From Gracilinanus agilis (lineage: Eukaryota), in contig NC_058130.1 of NCBI RefSeq assembly GCF_016433145.1, forward strand, positions 738,124,911 through 738,188,910: a stretch of DNA of 64,000 nt. Direction: 5' to 3'. Positions 24,861 through 37,900 of this stretch are shown here, in pieces. Both the position numbers and the translations under genes were made by a program. Position 1 is the stretch's first letter, and every line of letters starts with the position of its first letter. Under the pieces are notes generated by a model. That model made no database searches, was not told the origin of the DNA, and saw only the letters and a program-made list of their open reading frames with translations.

Positions 24861-26748
24861 AGAAGAAAGAGGATGGCCAATTTACTGGAGAATTAGAGTC
24901 AGGTCAGGAGATCTGGATCTTACCAACCCCTATTCCCTAACATGAAGAGTTTCTCAGAAAGTACAGGCTCTGGCTAAAGTCCTGAGAGTCTTTATCCACC
25001 AGGGGGGATTAAATATACTTTTAGTTTTGTTTTTAGGCATTTGTTCCAGAGCTCCAATGTGTTCTTTTCTTTTTAGTGAGGAGGAAGGGCAGCCTGAAAG
25101 GTTGTCTTGTACTCAATAGCCATATTGTACAATGAATGTATACGTGAGAGTTGGGATCTGTTACCCACATTTAGGGAAATCCAGACATAAACTGTACTTA
25201 AATTTCATTTTGCAGATCTTCCTTGAGTCAAACTTTGGGGTGCAGCCATAATGAAGCAGAGGTCTCTTTAATTTTTCTATTTTTGGTGTGATATTTAATA
25301 ACGCCTTGGCTTGAATTCAGAGCTCAGGTCAATGAGTGTTTTTGTTTTTCCCATGGAAGGGCCCTTTTGAAGCCAGTGGCTTGGCAGAGTTTGCTGCCTG
25401 TGCATAGAAAGAGATGAACCTTTTGCACATGCACCAAAATGACCATGATAAGACCACTAGGCTAGTGGTTGTAGTGCACCACTTGGTGGGTAAAATTATA
25501 AACCACATTCTTCCATTAGTTGTTAACTGATGATCAAGCAACACTTTATCTTTCTCTAGATTTGCAGAAGGCAGATATGAGCCCTGAGGGCTGCTCTTGA
25601 TACTGAAGCAGCTCAGGTATCAACTGGAACACCCAACAAAGGCATACACCAATGGCTGTACCAGTATCACCCATAAGGTTTCTTTTCTGGGATGTGAAGT
25701 TATGGGAGAGTAGCATACAACGAATTAAGGCAACTTGTCTGGACCTCCATTTAGATTGTTCTGTGTACTGTAGGGCTCCATTGGAGAAGTTGTTTTTTCA
25801 TTCAGGATAGTTTGGCTTTTTACTTGGGAACAAACGGTCAATCTCCAACAGATCTAGAGTAGTCCCTGATGAGTCACACGTGTCTTGTGAGCTCAGCTGG
25901 AACTAGAATTCCTCTCTAAGACAGAAAAGTGTTCTTTCATCTATTTTTGCTATTTCTTGTCATTTTAGTTTAAAATTTTTATTTTTTCCCCTAATTGTTT
26001 AGATTAAGATAGTCAGTCTTTGCAATGACAACAATGGGAACTTTACAAAACATGACTTGCTTTTCGAATTTGCATAACAATCTCTGAAGGAGGACAATGA
26101 GAGGACAATGCCTGGACTTCCCCAGATCCCAGAGATCTATTTAGAATGAAGGGTTATGTCTCAATGTGCACCAAAGCACTCTAGTTTGGTTTTCTGGGAC
26201 AATAAGGTGATAAGAAGAATCCCTGACCAACTGAACGAATTCTTTAATCAACAGGAGATTACAGCCTTTGCCTGTAAGCATCTAAAAGGCACTTCCAGGG
26301 TGGGCGGACATGTACCTTGGCACCTTGCCAAAGACCCCAAAAGTGCCTCTGATTAGGTCTCTGTGAATAAAGCTGATTCCAAGATGGCAGGTGCCCAAGT
26401 TAGAGAGATTAAATGGTTGATTGATGAACTGCGCCCTCTTCCACCATGATCTATAAAGCAAACTGAGAGCTGTCCCACTCTTCAGAACTCCCTCTTTTCC
26501 CATTTCCTTGTGCCTTATTTTTGAGTGCAGCAAAGAAGATGGACAGATTCCTTCCCTTCTTTGCCTCTCCAATTCTGGAGCAGCTAATGCTGCCTTGCAG
26601 GAGAAGCACCTGGAGGAGGTGGGTAAATAGGCAGGTACCTAGGGATGCTTAGCTGAGAGGGGAGTGTATGGACAATGTTCATGAACCCCAAACTCCTCTG
26701 TGAAGGAGGAGTGATTTTTAATTACTTGGGGAGCATAACCCTCTAGAT

Positions 26749-26930
26749 CAGTGATTGTAAACCTTTTAGAGGGGCAGGTGATGTGAGAAATGTGAAGAGT
26801 GGGAGGGGAGCAGCCCTGCCCTCATCCCTCTGCCTTTCTAGTAACTCTGAGCTGTGGTGATGGCTATGTGCCCACAGAGAGAGCTCTGAGTGTCCCCTTT
26901 GGCACACGTGCCATCAGTTTGCCATCATGG
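26749..26930. mobile_element. Non-autonomous hAT (Charlie/OposCharlie-like) DNA transposon, 182 bp
   Basis: TIRs cagtgattgtaaacct ... cagtttgccatcatgg with a perfect 8-bp TSD CTCTAGAT (26741-26748, 26931-26938); shares internal blocks with the 1398-1613 copy. Confidence 0.85.
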
Positions 26931-27479
26931 CTCTAGATTCTGGCCTTTAAGACATAAAGGAGATTTTTTTTTCCTACAACATTAGCTTCAGAGATTGCCC
27001 TATGGACACTTTGGGGGAAACCAAGTCATGAGCCAAATCTAAGCTTTAGTTTAAAGCTCTCTCTACAGATGGAGACAGGAGGACCTAGCTTTAAGCCCCC
27101 CTTTCATACACATGGGTTCTCCTCTAAAACGTAAGCTCCAGGCTAGACCCCTTTTCTTGCAAGCCCAAGGTTTTGGCAGAAGGGGGCTCTGGATTACAGA
27201 TTATATATGTGACTTCCTCCTTTATAGAGGATAAGTTCACTGAGGGCAAAAGACTTCTATCATTGTCTTTGAATCCTTCGTATATCTAGTACACAACAAG
27301 GGCTCTTTTAATTTCTGCTGAACTGAATTGGGAAGGGAAATGAATTTGCTCAAGGCCTTGGAGGTGGCATGTGACAGAGCCAATACTGGGAAGCACCCAG
27401 TGACTTCCTGGCTGGTGTTACTCCCACCCTTTCCTACATATACCTATTGGCTGTCACTGCATAAAGGAGCAGAGTCCAC

Positions 27480-27553
27480 AGCTGCAGGAAATCAGGTTTA
27501 TTTTTCAAGTTTGGAGATCTCAGGTAGAGAGAGGCATGGAGGTAGTAGTGCTT
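27480..27553 (-). other. TGFBR3L: Predicted non-coding terminal exon of TGFBR3L with poly(A) signal
   Basis: Donor cag|gtatct at 28069/28068 just after the stop codon; strong acceptor tcctctccttccctcgtag at 27554; AATAAA at 27502-27497. The 3' end is approximate. Confidence 0.5.
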
Positions 27554-27654
27554 CTACGAGGGAAGGAGAGGACTGTGGCTCCTGCTAGGCTTTGTCTGTA
27601 GGACCAGGACTTGGCAGCAGAGCTATCATAGAATGATAGGATTTAGCAGTGAAT

Positions 27655-27835
27655 TAGGAGCCCAGTGGATAGAGAGCCAGGTCTGGTGTCCAGAGGACCT
27701 GGGTTCAAATTTGACCTTAAGACTCTTCCTGGCTGTGTGACCCTGGGCAAGTCACTTAACCCCAATTGCCTAGTCCTTGTTGCTCTTTAGTCTTAGAAAT
27801 GATACAAAGACAGAAAGTGAGACATTTTTTAAAAA
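27655..27835 (+). mobile_element. SINE1-family copy in the predicted last TGFBR3L intron
   Basis: cagtggatagagagccagg...ggttcaaat...gtgaccctgggcaagtcacttaacccc; ends approximate. Confidence 0.75.
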
Positions 27836-28087
27836 TGGATTAGAGATCAGTAAGGGAAGCCCTTCAATTTACAGAGTGAACAAGGTTCTGAAAAAGGATC
27901 CCGCTAATACGGGAAAGGGCTGGAACCTGGACCCACCGCTTCTGACTCAAAGCTCTTTCCACCCCGTTCGATACCAATGGCTTCTCCCAGGACCACCTCC
28001 TCATCGAGCCACAGACTAAATGCACCAGAACTGGGGCTCCTTCCCCCCAAGCCGTGGCCCCCAGATACCTGCTCTCACTGGGGCCTC

Positions 28088-30976
<2,889 letters not shown>

Positions 30977-31039
30977 ATTGCTTCCAGGGGAGCCTAGGAG
31001 TGTGTGCTGGAGAAGGGAGAAGCTGGTCTCACAAGCTCC

Positions 31040-31320
31040 TGGGGCGGGATTAAGACCCACCCAGTACTAGTGCTGACGTGGAATGGGGGCAGCAAGGCCT
31101 GTTGGGATTAAGCCTGCAGTACACTCAGGGGAGCCCTGGGAACAGGGGGCCTTCCCCCCCTGCTAGGATGCGGAAGAGGCGTCCATTGGCAGGGATACAG
31201 ATCCAGGCAGATGGGTGGGTGGAGGTGCAGGGAGGGGAGTTATCCAGTCAGGGCCATCTCCAGGTCTGGACACCTGAGCTGGGCATGTTGACGCAGGGAA
31301 GGGCAGTTCAAGGCTGAGGA
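31040..31320 (-). promoter_or_regulatory. Putative TGFBR3L proximal promoter (GC box, two PITX-type GGATTA sites, NR5A1/SF-1-type sites, CRE half-site)
   Basis: GGGGCGGG 31041-31048, GGATTA 31047-31052 and 31105-31110, TGACG 31074-31078, CAAGGCC 31093-31099, TCAAGGCTG 31308-31316; these lie 65-340 bp upstream of the predicted ATG. Confidence 0.45.
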
Positions 31321-31636
31321 GATGGGCTGGAGGGGCAGTCTCACCCAACCAGCCCACGTCACCAACATCCAACGCTCCATCTAGGCCACCCGGATGACCC
31401 TCAGCTCTCCCACGGAAGCCCCAGGCCCAGGCTCTTAAGGTTAGCCCACCTGGCCTCGCCACCCCCATCCCCTAAGTCCAGAGGCAGGGGGGAACTGGCC
31501 AGGCTCCTCTGCCTTTCCTCTTTCTCTTCTTACCATGCCCAGAGAAAGAAGCTCTATTGCCACCTCCCACCCCCTTAGGTCGTTTCTCCACTCTGGACAC
31601 AGCAAAGGAAAAGGGATTTTTTTTGGTGGTGGTTTT

Positions 31637-31683
31637 TTTATTATTGTTGTTGTTTATTTTTAAATTTTTTTTTAAATTTTATT
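31637..31683 (-). terminator. MAP2K7 poly(A) signal cluster
   Basis: tttatt on the + strand at 31637-31642, 31653-31658 and 31678-31683. Confidence 0.7.
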
Positions 31684-32785
31684 TTCAAGCTTCTAAGAAG
31701 GGTTTACAAACAAGGGCATTTTTGTTTTTGAAAAAGGGACAATGGGGCAATACTGCTGGCCCAGGTGCCCCCCGGTAGGCACCCACCCCCAGCCCCTATA
31801 AGAAGGGAGAGGGCACACACATGCTTCCACCACTGCCTTCAGCCACGAGGTACAAAGCTGATTTGGGCCACAAACTTGGGGGTGGAGAAAGCTCTCCCCT
31901 GACCCAGCTCCCAACCATAGCCCTATGCTAGCTCTCCTGGCTTCCTCCTAGTGGAATTGGCCAGGGTCTCAGGAGAGGTCCTGAGAAGGAAGAGGGGATG
32001 GGGTGGCTCAGGCATCTAGCTAACCAGCCTGGGAATCAGCTCAGGAAGCTCAGCTGGAGGGGAGGAAAGAGGGACAGGACTAAGAACTAGGACTCTGGGA
32101 AGGAAGGAAGGCTGGCTGGCTGGCTGGCTGGCTGGTGGGGGAGGGGGTGGTGGCACATATTCATTTAACACTGAAATGAGGGCTGGGCCCAGGGGAGAGG
32201 AAAGAGGACGTTTGCTCACAAAACAGAAAATAGTTAAATTAAAATAAAACTGGACAGTTACAAAAGAGGTCCAAGCTGGCCCTGCCACCAAGCAGATAAC
32301 CTTTCCCCTCAGTGAGGGCTTTGGGGGGATAGGTATTGGCTGCCCAGATGGGGAAGGAAAGCTGGGTTCAAGTTGAGAACTTGGGCCCCAGATGGAAAAG
32401 GGGAAGGAGAATGTCTGGTTACTGCTGGCACAAAGGGGCCCCCAGACAGCCTTCTGGAGGTGAGGATGGGAAGGGCACAACCCCCAAATCCCTTTCTGCT
32501 GGCAGTTTGGCCAGGCACAGGGGAAGATGGTGCCCATGTCCCTCTGGAGAGAGAAAGAAGGTAACTCCTCTAGTTTGAACATGCGGCCTTCTGCAAATAT
32601 ATCAATGATAACATAGACTATGGAGACTACAGGGAGATCGATGCTAAAGCCTATACTGAGCCAGTGAAGTCCATCAAGCTGTGTTGTCCTTCCCTTTGGC
32701 CTTGGTTCCTTTGTTTGGGGGGGAAGGAGGGGGCCCTTCTGGGTCTGAGTGCGAATGTACGTGTGTGAGACAAGAGACAGTGAGT

Positions 32786-32786
<1 letters not shown>

Positions 32787-32824
<38 letters not shown>
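32787..32824. repeat. (GT)19 microsatellite in the MAP2K7 3' UTR, (CA)n on the mRNA
   Basis: Direct reading of the sequence. Confidence 0.95.
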
Positions 32825-32826
<2 letters not shown>

Positions 32827-32995
32827 TGTTTGCCATTTGATCTGCATGCATCATCAAGAAAAAAAAGAAATACCTCTTCCTCCTCCCTCCCTCCCTCCCT
32901 CCTAGCCCACCTGCCCACCACCTGAAGGCTCTAGAGAGGCCAAGGTAGGGGGCAAGGGGTGGCCAAGAACCACCTCTATTCACGCATCAAATGTA

Positions 32996-33033
32996 AATAA
33001 TAATAATAACAATAATAACAATAATAATAATAA
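32996..33033. repeat. Imperfect (TAA)n repeat in the MAP2K7 3' UTR, (UUA)n on the mRNA
   Basis: Direct reading of the sequence. Confidence 0.9.
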
Positions 33034-34960
33034 TTAAGAAACAATGCAATAAAACTGCATTTGCCTTTTCTCTGGGGACCTGCCAAGGCAAGTGCCAAGG
33101 TGAGCCAGGCAGCCAGGGGGACTGATTCATCTCCTGTCTTCTTTGTCCAAGGGGACTGATAAACTGGGCCTAGATGCTATCCAGGGTCCTGCCCTGTCTC
33201 CTTTCCTGGGGAGGGGTGGGAAGACAGCCCTGCTCATGCTAGCCTTGGGAGCAGAGAGGTGCCCCAAAGGTCTGTCTTGTGAGGAGGCAGAAAGACACAG
33301 GGCACTAGGCCTAGGTCTGCCTAAGGGCCTGGAGGATGGAGGTTAAGCTCAAGGGATGAGTTGAAGGAAGCCCTGGGCAGCTGCTGGGGCCAGGAACCTA
33401 TAGCCACTACCTTCTCTTGCCCTTCCATACTTCCTCTTCACCCTCTGCTACTAGGCTTGCCCACCCTTCCTAAATGCCCTGATCCACTCTAAGGTTTCTC
33501 TTCCACTTCCTACCTCTGTCCCCATCTCACATCCTCAGACCATCTCTTCCAACCACTCTTCCTCTGTATAAAGCCCCCAAGGGGAGCCCTTCGGCTTTCC
33601 TGGCTCCTCTGCACCCTCAGCCCTCTGTCCTAACCTGCACTGGCCTTCATTCCTCCTCTTGCCCTCTCTCCAACCTGCTAGCCTTGCTCACCATTTCTCT
33701 ATCCCTGCCACACTCATGTCCATTGCCTTCTGATGGGCAGATGCCCAACCCTCGATCCTACCTAGACCCTGGGGGCTACAGCTTCTCCAAACCCTGGCCC
33801 CAGGAGAAAAGCCCAGTTCAGAACCCACAGAGCAGACATCTAAGATCTTCAACTCACCCCAGAGGTGGAAACCAGATCCCTCCATGTTTGGGACAAAGCA
33901 ACCCTTGGGGGCTGGCTTAGGGCTAGATGACAGGGAAGGGGCTGGGATCTGTTAAATTCCTCATGAGCAAGCATGAGAGGGAAGAAGCAAAGGAAGACGC
34001 CAGGCCTCTAGTAATGGACCCTAAGGGCCACCACCCCTGGAATCAAAGACCCAAAGTCTTTGCCCCTATCTACTCTTTCTGCTGCCAAAGCACAGATTTA
34101 AATGAGTCCCCACCACCTGCCTGCTGCTGAACCACTGCCACAAGCAGCCAAACACGACTTTGGTTAAAGTTTCTGAAGGTACCGACACCCCCATGTAAGA
34201 ATCACCCCCCACCCCCCATATCCCCCAAATAAAATAAAATAAACTCCATAAAGGACCCCCTGAGATCAACAAGAGAAAAACTGACCCACTGCAGGCCACC
34301 TGACCCCACCCCCACCCCCAGCTGGCCAGATGCGCTCCTCTCCTGCCCCCACCACATTCCCAGAGACAAAAACCATGGGAGTGACACACACAGAGCAGCA
34401 AGCAACCCCTCCCAGGCCACCCTACCCCAGCCCTTGTGGCTTACAAATTGAATCCTCAAGCCAGAAGAGTGGGCACGAGAGAAGGCAAAGAGAGTAAAGA
34501 TTCAGGCAGCTCTCTCCTGGGCTTCCAGGAGCCCACCAAGCCCAGAGGTTACAACTGAATAAATAGAGTCTAATGGTGGACCTGTCTTCCATCTTCTGTT
34601 CACAGTGTCGGGGGGGAGGGGGGCATTCAGCTCTCCCCCAGGAAAAAAGCCGGAGGCCTGATTGGTGCCAGTTTGTCCTCAGCTGAAAGGCAGGGGGTGG
34701 GGGGAGGCGGGTCTGGAGGGCCCCCACTTTGTCTTCAGCTCTCTGTGGCTGTCCATGTTTTCGTACTCCCTCCCCAGCTCCATGTGACATCTGGCCCGCC
34801 AGCATGGGGGGAGGCAAGTGGAAGACTGGTACGTCTTGGGGCCAGGGTGGCAAAGCCCCTACTGCAGCTGGAGTGGGGGGAGGAGCAGGCTGACTGGCCA
34901 TTTGTCTTGCCCCCTTCTCCCCCAGCCCCTGCTGACCCTCCCAGGCTGGTCACCTCTTGG

Positions 34961-37900
34961 CTACCTGAAGAAGGGAAGGTGATGTTGGCTCAAGATGCTG
35001 CTAGTCCGGGGGGACTCTGTCTTCGCCATGACATCCTTGAACCAGGATGCCACATCCACTTCCAACATCTCATATCGTTTGATGAAGCTGTGTTCCTAGA
35101 AGAGACAGAAGCCAGGGTCAGACCTAGGAACCATAGCTGTAGAACTGTCTCTTCCCTCCTTCCTCACAGACCATGGAGAAGCTTGGTGCCCTAACTCCCA
35201 GCCCCAAGGAAACAGGCAACATGTACTCACAAGTAGCTTATTGTACTTTGGTCTCTTCCTGTGATCTTTAGTAAGGCTAGGGAATAAAAACAGATGTTAT
35301 GAGCATGTGACATAGGAGCCCATTCCCTTTCTTAGAGTAGGGTAGGTGAGAAGGGATAGGACAGACATGGAGGCAGGGGAAGAAGAGTAGGAATGACTTG
35401 TTCTTCAAGTCAGTCTAGCCTGTCCTGCCCTTCGAAAAACTGAGGACCCCAAAAGGTTGCCATGTAATAGGTATACTCAAGCCCCCCTCTCTCAAGGAAT
35501 CTATAAAGTGACTGTTCATGCTTTCAGAGGAGAGGAATCCCAACTTCCTAGCCTCCAATACGAGTCATCAGAGCCTGGAACATCTAAGAATGATTGAGGG
35601 CTCTTGGAAGGAGTTCTTGCCCTTTATTCCAAGAATGGGAACTTTGCTAGGGGAGGAAGGGAACTCATCCTAAGATGAGAGGGAAATGGCATAACTGTCA
35701 GAATTTAGGGCCAAAAAAGCCAGTGCTGGGCTTAACAATGTGTTTTGGATCAGAGATGGCTTTCCCACCCTAAATTGGTTGTCTTTTTCCTTCTCTCTCT
35801 ACATCCTGCCTCATACGGCTCCCACTGTCATGTCTAAAGATACAGCTCTTCAAATGGCATCTCTAGTCCTGCTCTTGTATGTATATATATGCTCTTCTTA
35901 AAACATGCTGTTCAACACTGATCTGAACATTCAAGATAGTCTGCCCAGGGCACAGTCTGATAAGCCTCTCAACTCACCTCTCACAGGGTACTATGTAGCT
36001 GCCTTGAAGCACCACAGAGCTAAATGGCACTGAGTCTAGAGTCTACTAAAACCCCTCAATCTTTTCCACTTGAGCCAGGGTCTTGCTTTCCTCCTTCTGT
36101 TAAAAGGAGAACCGATTTCTGAAACACAAACTGGACTTCACATTTATCCTCATTAGATTTCACATTATTTGTTTGAACCCATTGCTCTGGCCTAGCAAGA
36201 GTTTTCTAAACCCTATCCTTTCCAGTTTCATCTCATTTCCAAAATGTATCCAACACGCAAAAAAAGCATCACTGTCGCTTATCCCTAGGGCACTTGCTCC
36301 CTGGAAACCTCCCTCTAAGCCTACATTTCCCCAACCATGACCACTCTTTGGGTAGGGTGATTCATGCCAATCCAAATCTATGTCTTATTTTCTTCTCCTC
36401 CCCTCATTTAAAAGCAGTACCCCTAGGATCAAGTCCTAGTTCCTAAGCCCTGTGGTTAAAAACCTCTACAGTATAGCCCCCACCTTTTCCCAACAGTCCT
36501 CAACAAGCACTATCCACTCCAGGCCAAGCAGGCCTTTTCAATTTCCACTCCTCCACACTCATGGCAATACCCTCTAATGCTCTTGCCAGTAATGTCCTTT
36601 CCTCTTCTTCTTCCCATCCCGTCCTGAATACTCCAGACCCAAATGATCTTTGCCCCTCAAAAAAAGTTACAGATTTTTATATTCTGAAACACAGAAGATA
36701 AAACTTATATAGGGTGTCCCAAAAGTCTGTGTGACATTTTAAGCTTATTAAAAACTTAAAAGTACCTCTTATTAATAAGCTTTAATAAACTTAAAACAGC
36801 ACTCTGACTTTTGGGACATCCTGTATTTCAATGGGCGAATCAGTCAACTCTCCAACTTGATTGCCAACTCCTTGAGAAACCAGGTCTTGACCCTCTTTTG
36901 TATCTCCGCAAAGAGTTTAGAACAGCCTCTCTAGTCCCCCTTTACCATAAGCCCCACCCTAATCTCTAAGCCCATACTGGCCACAATTCTGCTAAATTAG
37001 GAAGTTGAAGAGTGGGCATGTGAGGAGTTGAGGGAAGATATGGAGGGAACTGAGAAACAAGGAGTACAGAAAGAGGAGAGGACTCACCAGTCTTTAACAA
37101 AGGACTGAAAGTCCACCGAGAAGCCCATATTACTGGGCAGAAGGGGTGGTTCTTCCTGCAGGACCTTGGTGAGGACCTCAAAATCAGTCTTGCAGTTCTT
37201 GTAGGGGAACTGCCCAGTTGCCAGCTCCACCTAGGTAAGAAGGGCTGAGAATGTGGTCACCTTCCCTGCTTCCTTTCCCTTTTTCTACCCTCTCTCCAAC
37301 CCTCTCTAGTCAGGTCCCTTCTTGTCCTAAATTCTCTACCCTGCCTACTTTAACAGAATTTCAAAGTTGGAAGGTATCTCAAAGGCCATCCAAATCCAAT
37401 TTGACCCTGAAGAAGACTTCTCTCTACAATACACTTGACAAGTAATTATCCAACATCTGCTTGAAGACCAGCAGTGCTGGAAAGTCTAACTACCTCTCAA
37501 GGCAGCCCAATTCTCTCCTAGTTTCAAATTCACCTAAAGGCTCTCAAAGACCTAACTTCATCATCTTCACACTTGTTTCATTTCTGTTTTGCAAGGCCTC
37601 CAACCCTCTATAGCTACTGCTTGGCCTCCCCTGTGCCCAGATGGCTGCTGGGGATCTTGCCTTGCTCTGTTTGGCTCACCAGTGAGATTCCCAGGCTCCA
37701 CACATCTGCTCGGATATCATAATCAGGCTTAGTAGGGTCTGGAGGGTCTATCCGCTCCGGCTGGTAAGAAGGAAGACATAGAAAATGTTCTCACAGACAT
37801 ACTCATGAGGATAGGGTAAAACATACATCCTAGGACACCCCTGGGAGGGTTACCAAGAGGCCAGAGGACCAGCCCAAGTCAGTAACACCCAAGCTTATGG

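Larger units (their letters stand above)
31620..34960 (-). other. MAP2K7: MAP2K7 3' UTR, about 3.3 kb
   Basis: Repeat-poor stretch after the stop with U-rich tracts on the sense strand, ending in three AATAAA hexamers. Confidence 0.7.

Noticed and set aside
25329-25900. Possible olfactory or vomeronasal receptor pseudogene (HTPM-like word, hydrophobic stretches)
   Set aside because: No MAYDRY, KAFxTC or PxLNP motifs in any frame I read.
26282-26572. 96-aa ORF containing IHRDL and GTFGV, kinase-like words
   Set aside because: The motifs are in the wrong order for a kinase and have no supporting subdomains; treated as coincidence.
32016-32921. 301-aa ORF with a (TH)n tract
   Set aside because: It lies in the GC-rich 3' UTR and is held open by microsatellites; no domain features.
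32991-33053. Plus-strand TGTAAATA and AATAAA suggesting an antisense transcript end
   Set aside because: Fully explained as the complement of U-rich elements in the MAP2K7 3' UTR; no antisense exons were seen.
34400-34963. Mouse-type alternative MKK7 C-terminus (isoform 2) via the AG|GTAGCC donor at the stop codon
   Set aside because: The donor-like site exists, but I found no downstream acceptor giving a peptide like the recalled mouse extension.
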